Source: Candidatus Saccharimonadota bacterium (GTDB taxonomy: Bacteria; Patescibacteriota; Saccharimonadia; Saccharimonadales; Saccharimonadaceae). Taken from it: DNA of 64,000 nt. Both the position numbers and the translations under genes were made by a program. Within the stretch, counting starts at the first letter, position 1; each line of letters starts with the position of its first letter. Location: positions 78,866 through 142,865 of the forward strand of contig JAFRJK010000008.1 of NCBI GenBank assembly GCA_017432305.1, in the 5' to 3' direction. Below the pieces are notes generated by a model. The model saw only the letters and a program-made list of their open reading frames with translations, had not been told where the DNA came from and did not search any database. This document shows, piece by piece, positions 27,893 through 35,761 of the stretch.

Positions 27893-28804
27893 ATGTACGA
27901 TATTACGATTATTGGTGCAGGGATTGCCGGAATGACGGCAGCAATTTATGCCCGTCGCGCGAACAAAAAAGTCCTCGTTCTCGAAGGAAAAACTTATGGT
28001 GGACAAATTGTTGAAACTGAAAAAATTGAAAACTATCCTGCAGCCCCTGGTATTGCTGGACCGGAACTCGCAAAAAAAGTTTATGATCAAATGATGAAAT
28101 TTAACCCAGATTTTAAATATGAGAAAGTTTTAGGGATTTCTAAAAATGACGACGGTTTTAAAATAACGACTGACGAAAGCGAATACTCATCAAAAACAGT
28201 TGTCATTGCGACCGGAACGAATTATAAAAAAGCTGGGCTTGAAAATGAAGCTGAGTTGACTGGAAGAGGGGTTTCATATTGTGCAACTTGTGATGGCTCG
28301 CTTTATAGAGATAAAGAAATTGCAGTGTTCGGAGGTGGAAATTCCGCGCTCTACTCCGTACTTTATCTCTCAGATTTAGCCTCAAAAGTCACGGTCATTC
28401 ATCGTCGAAATGAATTTCGTGGAGATGACGCCTTAGTTAAGAAAATCAAAACAAAAGAGAATGTCGACTATAAACTCGGAAAAGTTGTAAGTGAATTAAA
28501 GTCTGAGGACGGAAAGCTTTCGAGTATCGTTTTGAAAAACGTCAAAAATGGCGAAACCGAAGAGTTGAAAGTTGCAGCGCTTTTTGTTGAAATTGGACGT
28601 GAACCGGACAATTCGATTTTTAAAGATTTAGTCGAGCTAGACGAAAAAGGCTATATTAAGGCAGACGAAGACGGGAAAACTTCAGCTTCCGGATTTTTTG
28701 CAGCTGGCGATTGTCGAGCGAAAACTTTAAGACAAATCGTTACGGCAAGCTCAGACGGTGCAGCGGCAGCCTCGAGCGCAATTGAATATTTAAATTCAAA
28801 GTAA
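27893..28804 (+). CDS. trxB: Thioredoxin-disulfide reductase
   Basis: GAGIAGMTAA FAD motif, CATCDG redox centre and GGGNSA NADPH motif. Leaderless: TATAAT at 27881-27886, 6 nt, then ATG. Confidence 0.9.
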   Translation: MYDITIIGAGIAGMTAAIYARRANKKVLVLEGKTYGGQIVETEKIENYPAAPGIAGPELAKKVYDQMMKFNPDFKYEKVLGISKNDDGFKITTDESEYSSKTVVIATGTNYKKAGLENEAELTGRGVSYCATCDGSLYRDKEIAVFGGGNSALYSVLYLSDLASKVTVIHRRNEFRGDDALVKKIKTKENVDYKLGKVVSELKSEDGKLSSIVLKNVKNGETEELKVAALFVEIGREPDNSIFKDLVELDEKGYIKADEDGKTSASGFFAAGDCRAKTLRQIVTASSDGAAAASSAIEYLNSK

Positions 28805-28814
28805 TTATATCCAG

Positions 28815-28860
28815 TTGGATGTTTGGTAGGCATGGCAGTCGCATCCGTTGCACAACGGAG
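28815..28860 (+). repeat. Collapsed cassette Ec (degenerate head fused to tail)
   Basis: TTGGATGTTTGGTAGGCATGG (head-like) plus 7 nt plus ATCCGTTGCACAACGGAG (tail shared with E7). The interior is deleted. Confidence 0.6.
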
Positions 28861-29049
28861 AGGACCGCCATAACCTCGATAATAATAACTCGTAACCCAA
28901 ACACTAGCAAAGCTAGAAGTAACATCTGCGTACAAGCGGGAACTATATTCGGCGTTTATAGCTCGGCGCGACCACCACTGGAAATATCTCCCGCGATTAC
29001 AAACATTCCCGCTAACAGGACAATACAACCCACCCCTCCAAAAATCCAA
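28843..29049 (-). repeat. FWRGG-IRC cassette E7
   Basis: Head rc at 29029-29049. Reads LDFWRGGLYCPVSGNVCNRGRYFQWWSRRAINAEYSSRLYADVTSSFASVWVTSYYYRGYGGPLRCATD. Confidence 0.85.
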
Positions 29050-29096
29050 CGGAGTAAAATTAAACTTTAATATTAAAGAAAGCTAATATTGCTCTG
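29050..29096. repeat. Head-to-head junction spacer S2
   Basis: CGGAGTAAAATTAAACTTTAATATTAAAGAAAGCTAATATTGCTCTG. It is the inverted copy of S1 and is homologous to S3 and S4. Confidence 0.85.
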
Positions 29097-29303
29097 TAGT
29101 ATTTTTAGAGGGGTGGGTATTATGCACGGTCTAGCGGTAGCGTTACTAGTCGCGCCCGTAATAGTTATGGGTGGACTAATAGAGCAGGTAGTGCTACTTC
29201 TTCGTTCGGCCTAATCATGCATCCGCATAATGATCAAGGATTTATAGAATCATCTGCCAATTTCAACCGTGGCCATGGATGGTTTCTCCGTTGCGCAACG
29301 GAT
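29097..29303 (+). repeat. FWRGG-IRC cassette E8 (two TAG stops in the head)
   Basis: Head is TAGTATTTTTAGAGGGGTGGG. The remainder is open: RGGYYARSSGSVTSRARNSYGWTNRAGSATSSFGLIMHPHNDQGFIESSANFNRGHGWFLRCATD. Confidence 0.85.
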
Positions 29304-29492
29304 AGAATTCCCCCACGCTCTTTTGTTATTAGCTTGAGGCCAAACATAGGGGTCATCATCATTTATACCAGTGTCTAAAAGATTATGATGAGTACTTGCT
29401 GTAGCCGTACGGTACGTCATATATCCTCCAGTTGTGCGACCTCGAGGTCTGCCATAGCTACTACTATAACCCCCACCCCTCCAAAAATCCAA
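29286..29492 (-). repeat. FWRGG-IRC cassette E9
   Basis: Head rc at 29472-29492. Reads LDFWRGGGYSSSYGRPRGRTTGGYMTYRTATASTHHNLLDTGINDDDPYVWPQANNKRAWGNSIRCATE. Shares its tail with E8. Confidence 0.85.
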
Positions 29493-29648
29493 CGGAGCAA
29501 GAAGCTGATAAAAAGTAAGTTTACTTACTTTTTAGAAGCGACGCAGGTCCGTCTATAGCGAAGCTAGACGGAGCAAGAAGCTGTCTAAAGCTAAGTTAGA
29601 CGAGGCACTTTTAGACATAACGAGAAAAATATTGTATAATAAACATTA

Positions 29649-31517
29649 ATGAATACCGAAAAAATCCGAAATTTTTGTATTATTGCACATATTGACCACG
29701 GCAAGTCCACTCTTGCCGATCGGATGATGGAAATTACAAACACTGTCGAAAAACGTGAGATGAAGTCCCAGCTCCTGGACAGTATGGAGCTCGAACGCGA
29801 AAAGGGAATTACAATTAAACTCGCTCCAGTTCAAATGGATTATAAAGGCTACGAGCTAAATCTTATTGATACTCCGGGCCATGTTGATTTCTCTTATGAA
29901 GTTTCACGTAGCCTCCAAGCCGTTGAATCCGCAATTCTTGTTGTCGATGCGACACAAGGTATTCAGGCCCAAACTCTCGCAAACGTTTACCTTGCGCTCG
30001 AACAAGATTTAACAATCATCCCAGTGATAAACAAAATCGATCTCCCGGCCGCAAATGTTGAAAAAGTCACAAATGAAATTGTCAATCTCCTCGGCTGTAA
30101 ACCCGAAGAAATCATCCCAGTCTCCGCCAAAACCGGCCTAAACGTCGAAAAAGTACTAGACGCAATTATAGAACGCGGATCATCACCAAGTTTTTGGGAG
30201 TTGCCGGACGCAGCTAAGGAGGCTGAGGAGTCGAGCCCTGTGGAGACAGGCGCGAGGACTCCGTCTCCAGAAAACTTGCGTGATGAACGCGCTAAAACTC
30301 GTGCTCTAATCTTCGATTCTTATTTTGATGACTATCGCGGTGTGGTCCTTTATGTCCGCATCGTGAATGGGAAAATTGAAAAGAACGCAAACATTCACAT
30401 GATGGAAAACCGTACTAATGGCATCGCGCTTGAAGTTGGCGTTTTAAAACCAAAAATGGTTCCGAAGGATGAACTAAAAGAAGGTGAAGTTGGTTATATC
30501 GTTACAAACCTAAAAACTACTCGTGAAGCAAAAGTTGGTGATACAGTAACATTACAAAAACAGCCCGCGACCACTCCACTCCCAGGTTATAAAAACGTTT
30601 TGCCATTTGTTTATGCTGGCTTTTTCCCAGTGTCGAATGATCAATATAAGGACTTAAAAGAAGCAGTTGAAAAACTCGCACTTTCCGATTCAGCCCTGCG
30701 TTTTGAGCCAGAAAATTCACCAGTTCTAGGCTTTGGACTTCGTATTGGTTTCCTTGGGCTTCTTCATATGGATATTATCCGCGAGCGCCTAGAGCGTGAA
30801 TTTGATCTCGATCTCGTCGTGACTAATCCGTCGACAAATTATGAAGTGAAATTAAATAACGGTGAAGAAATCGAAATAAAATCTGCGGCTGATTTGCCGG
30901 ACATGAGTGAAGTTCTAGAAATTCGTGAACCGTGGGTAAAAGGCGAAATTATCCTTCCAGTTTCAATGATTGGGAACGTCCTAAATCTTATAGTTGAAAA
31001 ACGCGGACTTCATAAAGATATTTCGTATATGGAAGATCGCGCACTAATTAATTTCGAAGCCCCAATGGCAAATCTCTTAACCGATTTTTATGACCAATTA
31101 AAATCTCTAACTTCCGGTTATGCATCGTTTAATTATGAAATTTCGGATTATAGGACTGAAGACTTAGTCCGTGTTGATTTTCTTGTCGGCGGAAATAAAA
31201 TCGACGCTTTAGCGATTATGTGCCACCGTTCAGAATCCGACGCCATTGGCCGCGACATCACGAAAAAATTAAAACAAGTCATTCCACGTCAAAATTATGA
31301 AGTTGCACTCCAAGCTGCAATTGGCGCCCGTATTATCGCTCGCGAAACGATTGGCGCATATCGAAAAGATGTGACCGTGAAAATCCATACTGGTGACCGT
31401 GATCGTAAAGCAAAACTTCTCGAAAAACAAAAACGCGGTAAAGCTAGAATGAAACGCTTCGGAAAAATTGACATCCCATCAGAGGCCTTCACCGTTATGT
31501 TAAAACGAGACGACTAA
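29649..31517 (+). CDS. lepA: Elongation factor 4 (LepA), with a ~25-aa GC-rich insertion
   Basis: IIAHIDHGKST, DTPGHVDF and NKID GTPase motifs and a LepA C-terminal domain. The insertion lies at about 30177-30299. Confidence 0.95.
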   Translation: MNTEKIRNFCIIAHIDHGKSTLADRMMEITNTVEKREMKSQLLDSMELEREKGITIKLAPVQMDYKGYELNLIDTPGHVDFSYEVSRSLQAVESAILVVDATQGIQAQTLANVYLALEQDLTIIPVINKIDLPAANVEKVTNEIVNLLGCKPEEIIPVSAKTGLNVEKVLDAIIERGSSPSFWELPDAAKEAEESSPVETGARTPSPENLRDERAKTRALIFDSYFDDYRGVVLYVRIVNGKIEKNANIHMMENRTNGIALEVGVLKPKMVPKDELKEGEVGYIVTNLKTTREAKVGDTVTLQKQPATTPLPGYKNVLPFVYAGFFPVSNDQYKDLKEAVEKLALSDSALRFEPENSPVLGFGLRIGFLGLLHMDIIRERLEREFDLDLVVTNPSTNYEVKLNNGEEIEIKSAADLPDMSEVLEIREPWVKGEIILPVSMIGNVLNLIVEKRGLHKDISYMEDRALINFEAPMANLLTDFYDQLKSLTSGYASFNYEISDYRTEDLVRVDFLVGGNKIDALAIMCHRSESDAIGRDITKKLKQVIPRQNYEVALQAAIGARIIARETIGAYRKDVTVKIHTGDRDRKAKLLEKQKRGKARMKRFGKIDIPSEAFTVMLKRDD

Positions 31518-31541
31518 ATAGTCTAATTTAATACTGCTCTC

Positions 31542-31748
31542 TTGGATTTTTGGAGGGGTGGGAGATATAAATACAATTCCGGCATAATAGAAAGCCGCCT
31601 CGGACTTAGTGAGTGGTGGGAATTAGTTGCATATTCAGATAACGGCGGGTATTATTTTGATACTTACGATGGCCCCGAAACGTCGTCAGTATGGACTCCG
31701 GGAAGATATAGAAGAGGCCTAGGGCTATTTCTCCGTTGCACAACGGAG
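31542..31748 (+). repeat. FWRGG-IRC cassette E10 (solo)
   Basis: Head at 31542-31562. Reads LDFWRGGRYKYNSGIIESRLGLSEWWELVAYSDNGGYYFDTYDGPETSSVWTPGRYRRGLGLFLRCTTE. Tail is CTCCGTTGCACAACGGAG. Confidence 0.85.
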
Positions 31749-31754
31749 CAATAA

Positions 31755-31781
31755 CTAGCACTCTTGACCTTTAAGTGCTAA
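31755..31781 (+). promoter_or_regulatory. CIRCE operator overlapping the hrcA promoter
   Basis: cTAGCACTC-ttgaccttt-aAGTGCTAA compared with the consensus TTAGCACTC-N9-GAGTGCTAA. TTGACC (31764-31769), 17 nt, TATAAT (31787-31792), 6 nt, then ATG. Confidence 0.8.
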
Positions 31782-31798
31782 AGCGCTATAATGTACTC

Positions 31799-32539
31799 AT
31801 GAATATTACCGAGCGTCAAAAACAAATTCTCTTCGCAATTATCGAGGAATATGCCGAGGTTGCTGCCCCTGTTGGGAGTGTTACACTCGCTAAACTTTTT
31901 GATGTCTCCTCCGCAACAATTCGTGCCGAAATGAGTCGTCTCGAAGAGGCTGGCTTAATCGCTCAACCACATACTTCCGCTGGTCGTATTCCGACCGACG
32001 CTGGCTATCGTTTTTATGTAAATTCTTTGACTGAACAACCTGAAAAATCTGAATTCGAACCAACAAAAATGCTCGGTGCCGGTACAACTCCAAACCGAAA
32101 TGTTCACGCTCTCGAAGTTCGTATCTCATCTCAAGAACGCACCGATTATGCAATCCGTAGCGCGGTCGATATGCTCGCCGAATTAACCGGGAATCTTGGT
32201 CTTGGAACGATTGGCGACCAACTTTATCTTTCCGGAATTTCTCGTCTTTTCGCCCAACCGGAATTTCTCGACAACTCTCGCATCCAGGGCGTTGCAAAAC
32301 TCCTCGATAATCTCGAACCATGGTTAAAAGAAGCTCGTCCGGGCGAACCGCTAAATATTTTCATCGGCTCGGAAAACCCAATCGGAAAAACTTCCGGTGT
32401 TAGCTTAATTATTTCAAAATTTAGAAGTCCGTATTCTGATAATTCCTACATCGGCGTCCTTGGCCCAACCCGCCAAAATTATGCTGAAACGATGCGCCTA
32501 GTCCGCCATGCTGGGAACATTCTTGAAAACAGCTTATAA
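31799..32539 (+). CDS. hrcA: Heat-inducible repressor HrcA
   Basis: MNITERQKQILFAIIEEY...VGS..LA and full-length family resemblance. The ORF-track start at 31775 lies inside the promoter/CIRCE and is rejected. Confidence 0.9.
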   Translation: MNITERQKQILFAIIEEYAEVAAPVGSVTLAKLFDVSSATIRAEMSRLEEAGLIAQPHTSAGRIPTDAGYRFYVNSLTEQPEKSEFEPTKMLGAGTTPNRNVHALEVRISSQERTDYAIRSAVDMLAELTGNLGLGTIGDQLYLSGISRLFAQPEFLDNSRIQGVAKLLDNLEPWLKEARPGEPLNIFIGSENPIGKTSGVSLIISKFRSPYSDNSYIGVLGPTRQNYAETMRLVRHAGNILENSL

Positions 32540-32549
32540 GGAGATAAAA

Positions 32550-33008
32550 ATGGAATTAAAACCGAAAAAATCAGTTAAAGAAAGTGCTGAAGTTGCAAAA
32601 CTCGAAGCCGAAAAAACCGAACTCTTAAACGATCTGCAAAGAACTCGGGCTGATTTTGAGAACTTCCGAAAACAAGTCGATCTCCAAAAGTCTCAAGCGA
32701 AAAAACTCGCCGAAGATTCGACGGTTATGAAGATTTTACCGTTAATCGACGATATGTCGCGCGCAATTTCTGCAAATCCGGAAGCTCTTTCTCCAATTTC
32801 AAAAACGTTAGAAAAAACAATGAGTGAACTTGGACTTTCTAAAATCGAGACATCCTCCGGAACTGATTTTAATCCAGATCTTCACGATGCCATTTCGATG
32901 GAAGAAAGTGATGGCGAAAAAGAAGTTATCGCCGAAGAACTCCGCCCGGGATATCTTTATAATGGTGAAGTCCTCCGCCCAGCCATGGTGCGTGTGAAAC
33001 GGATTTAA
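32550..33008 (+). CDS. grpE: Nucleotide exchange factor GrpE
   Basis: RTRADFENFRKQ motif and C-terminal beta domain ...GYLYNGEVLRPAMVRV. AAGGAG lies before the ATG at 32550. Confidence 0.9.
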   Translation: MELKPKKSVKESAEVAKLEAEKTELLNDLQRTRADFENFRKQVDLQKSQAKKLAEDSTVMKILPLIDDMSRAISANPEALSPISKTLEKTMSELGLSKIETSSGTDFNPDLHDAISMEESDGEKEVIAEELRPGYLYNGEVLRPAMVRVKRI

Positions 33009-33209
33009 TACGCAACGGATATTCATCCCAAATCCCCTATTGTTTCCACCTGAGTTCCAAATACTAGCTTTACCACCGCTAGCAATAGTATTCATATGGG
33101 AACCTTGATAATTAGTGGTTGCATTATTGCCCCACCAAACGCCTGCATGTATGCGCCCGAAAATATTCGCAGAGCCATAAGCTTGACTCCCACCCCTCCA
33201 AAAATCCAA
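33009..33209 (-). repeat. FWRGG-IRC cassette E11
   Basis: Head rc at 33189-33209. Reads LDFWRGGSQAYGSANIFGRIHAGVWWGNNATTNYQGSHMNTIASGGKASIWNSGGNNRGFGMNIRCV. The tail starts on the base after the grpE stop. Confidence 0.85.
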
Positions 33210-33251
33210 TCGGAACAATATTACTATAATACTAAAACTAATTATGCTCTG
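33210..33251. repeat. Head-to-head junction spacer S3
   Basis: TCGGAACAATATTACTATAATACTAAAACTAATTATGCTCTG. It contains a TATAAT. Confidence 0.8.
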
Positions 33252-33466
33252 TAGTATTTTTGGAGGGGTGGGTATTACGATCGCGAAGGTGTTGGTCGCA
33301 TTTCAAATCGCATTTCCTATAGCGCCTTTCTAACAAATTACCAATTTGAAGTTGGGCCGAACAATGGCGCCGCTCTCGTTTCTCGAATTGGTGATGGAAC
33401 TACCGTAACGTGGGTGCCAGGGATTTCTAACAAGGCGTTTGGGTTTTCTATCCGTACGCAACGGAT
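33252..33466 (+). repeat. FWRGG-IRC cassette E12 (TAG at the first head codon)
   Basis: Head is TAGTATTTTTGGAGGGGTGGG. Reads YFWRGGYYDREGVGRISNRISYSAFLTNYQFEVGPNNGAALVSRIGDGTTVTWVPGISNKAFGFSIRTQR. Confidence 0.85.
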
Positions 33467-33652
33467 AGCAATTCCATAACTTCTGTTGCTAGTAGAATAA
33501 AAGAAATGAGCAGTGCCGTTCGTATCATATTTCGAGTTTAGATAGTATGCCGTTGTAGCTCCAGCAGCAACTTTCATCCATGACCTACCGCCTTCAAGTC
33601 GTCCCACAACAGCACCATTAACACCATACTGACCACCCCTCCAAAAATCCAA
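33450..33652 (-). repeat. FWRGG-IRC cassette E13
   Basis: Head rc at 33632-33652. Reads LDFWRGGQYGVNGAVVGRLEGGRSWMKVAAGATTAYYLNSKYDTNGTAHFFYSTSNRSYGIAIRCVRI. Confidence 0.85.
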
Positions 33653-33697
33653 TCGGAACAATATTACTATAATATTAAAAGAACTAATTATGCTCTA
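33653..33697. repeat. Head-to-head junction spacer S4
   Basis: TCGGAACAATATTACTATAATATTAAAAGAACTAATTATGCTCTA. About 90% identical to S3 by eye. Confidence 0.8.
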
Positions 33698-33897
33698 TTA
33701 GATTTTTGGAGGGGTGGGTACTATACTAGGTCATTTGGCGCTGCTAGTAGCCGTAACGCGAGTGGATTTTGGTGGGCGGGTTATGCTCTTGGTGGATCTA
33801 GCCGTGTACTAAATACTGGCATCACCGATGGGGGATATACTGGACCGCAAAGTGAATACCATGCTGGTGGAGGACTCTATATCCGTGCGCAACGGAT
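33698..33897 (+). repeat. FWRGG-IRC cassette E14 (TTA at the first codon)
   Basis: Reads LDFWRGGYYTRSFGAASSRNASGFWWAGYALGGSSRVLNTGITDGGYTGPQSEYHAGGGLYIRAQR. There is no start codon in frame. Confidence 0.85.
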
Positions 33898-34089
33898 GAA
33901 GAACCCCCAGGTCCTGCGGTTGTTTGCCGGCACATAAACACTAACTTTTGAACCTTCGTTTTGAATATCAGAAGCTAGATACCAAGCTTTTTCTTCCGAA
34001 CCAGCAACACTAGTCCACCAGTTCCCCCATGTTGTACGGTCACGGATAATGATATTAGACCAATAAGTCCCACCCCTCCAAAAATCCAA
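33881..34089 (-). repeat. FWRGG-IRC cassette E15
   Basis: Head rc at 34069-34089. Reads LDFWRGGTYWSNIIIRDRTTWGNWWTSVAGSEEKAWYLASDIQNEGSKVSVYVPANNRRTWGFFIRCARI. Confidence 0.85.
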
Positions 34090-34128
34090 TGAGAATACGA
34101 ATATGTTATAATCTTAAAAAGGACTTTT

Positions 34129-34734
34129 ATGGATGAGAGAGTAGAAAAAATCAAAGCTTGGCTTGGGACTGGCAGTATCAACATTTTTGGACTTCCAATG
34201 AGCGGAAAAGACACCGTCGGTCTCCGCCTTGCGAAAATGTTAGGCGCCGAATTTTTATCTTCCGGCGAAATAATCCGCGAATATGAAGATAAACAAAACG
34301 ACCACATGACCGAAAACGGAAAGCTGATCCCGACCGATAAATTCTACGACATTGTTCTTCCATATTTTCACAATGAAGATTTAAAAGATAAGCCTCTAGT
34401 TTTAAGTTCAATCGGCCGTTGGGAAGGCGAAGAGGATGAGGTAATTGAAAACGCAAAACGAGCTAACCACGAAATAAAAGCCGTTATTCATCTCGATTTG
34501 GCTGAAGAAGATGTTAGAGAGCGCTGGAAGGCAGCGAAAGAACTCGGCGATCGTGGAATTCGTGGTGACGATGCTGACCCGAAAGTTTTTGAAACGAGAA
34601 TCAAAGAGTTCCACGAAAAAACTATCCCGGTTTTAAATCACTACTATGAACTCGGAGCTCTAATTGAAGTCGATGCAAGCGGTACTCGTGACGAAGTCTT
34701 TGAAAATGTCTTAAACGCCTTAAGTGTGCTATAA
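34129..34734 (+). CDS. Adenylate/nucleoside-monophosphate kinase-like protein
   Basis: P-loop FGLPMSGKDTVG, then SSGEIIRE and a LID-like RGDD. Divergent from canonical Adk. Confidence 0.55.
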   Translation: MDERVEKIKAWLGTGSINIFGLPMSGKDTVGLRLAKMLGAEFLSSGEIIREYEDKQNDHMTENGKLIPTDKFYDIVLPYFHNEDLKDKPLVLSSIGRWEGEEDEVIENAKRANHEIKAVIHLDLAEEDVRERWKAAKELGDRGIRGDDADPKVFETRIKEFHEKTIPVLNHYYELGALIEVDASGTRDEVFENVLNALSVL

Positions 34735-34744
34735 TGGACTTATT

Positions 34745-35761
34745 ATGTACGGGTCCGGTTTTTCAAAAGAAAAGATAAAAAAGAAAATTCGTGCTGCGAA
34801 CTATATTACCGTTGCACAGATTTTCCTAAAAGACAATTTTTTACTAGATCGCCAGCTTATTAGCGATGATATCAAGCCGAGGTTACTCGGCCACTGGGGA
34901 ACTTGTCCTGGTGTGAATATCGCTTATAACTGTTTAAAATCCTACTTTGATGATGAGAACTTTTCATTTATTTTAGGACCTGGCCACGGTTTTCCTGCAC
35001 TTCAGGCTAACTTATTTATTGAAGGTGAAATTGAAAAAGTTGATAAAAAAGCGACAAGAAATCGCTCCGGTCTTGAATATATTTGCAAAAACTTTTCCTG
35101 GCCTGGTGGTTTTCCATCCCACTGTACTCCAGTTACTCCTGGCGTAATTTGTGAAGGTGGTGAACTTGGCTACGCTTTTGCGATGGCTTACGGCTACGTT
35201 CTCGGACATCCTGAAAAAACTACTGCCGTCCTAATTGGCGATGGCGAATTTGAAACTGCAACCGCGCTCGCTTCGATGAACTTGAACAAAATGTTAAGTG
35301 GAAAAAATAATGGTAGTGTTCTTCCGATTCTTCATCTTAACGGTTATAAAATTTCCGCGCCGACGATTGCTGGGCGAAAATCTGAGAGGGAATTAAATGA
35401 ATTAGTCCGTGGCTTTGGATTCACTCCGATTCTTGTTCGTGGTGATAACGAGGATGCGGAAGCGGCGATTGACTACATCATCGATGATTTTGAAAATGCT
35501 TTGAAAGAAGCTGATGAAATCTTTAGAGCAATTAAACGTGGTGAGAAGAAAAACCCACCATTTATTATTATGAAAACCGACAAAGGCTTAACCGGCCCAG
35601 AAGAATTAAATGGCGAAAAACTCCGTGGGAACTTTAAGTCGCATCAAGTTCCTTTACCCAATGCTAAAACTGATAAAAACGAACGTGAAATCCTTGAAAA
35701 ATGGCTATCTTCATATCGCTTTATTGAACTTTTCGATGAAGAGAAAGGGTTTGTAATATAA
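34745..35761 (+). CDS. xfp: Phosphoketolase, N-terminal part (split gene)
   Basis: RLLGHWGTCPG, GPGHG, EGGELGY, GDGE and PILHLNGYKI motifs. It ends with the stop/start overlap TAATG. Confidence 0.8.
   Translation: MYGSGFSKEKIKKKIRAANYITVAQIFLKDNFLLDRQLISDDIKPRLLGHWGTCPGVNIAYNCLKSYFDDENFSFILGPGHGFPALQANLFIEGEIEKVDKKATRNRSGLEYICKNFSWPGGFPSHCTPVTPGVICEGGELGYAFAMAYGYVLGHPEKTTAVLIGDGEFETATALASMNLNKMLSGKNNGSVLPILHLNGYKISAPTIAGRKSERELNELVRGFGFTPILVRGDNEDAEAAIDYIIDDFENALKEADEIFRAIKRGEKKNPPFIIMKTDKGLTGPEELNGEKLRGNFKSHQVPLPNAKTDKNEREILEKWLSSYRFIELFDEEKGFVI

Noticed and set aside
31775-31798. The ORF-track start of hrcA at 31775 (GTG).
   Set aside because: It lies inside the CIRCE right arm and upstream of the -10 box. 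The ATG at 31799, 6 nt after TATAAT, fits the leaderless pattern seen at seven other genes.
33009-34089. The regularly spaced repeats could be a CRISPR array.
   Set aside because: The 21-nt repeats alternate in orientation. The units are about 205 nt and protein-like. No cas genes or leader are present.
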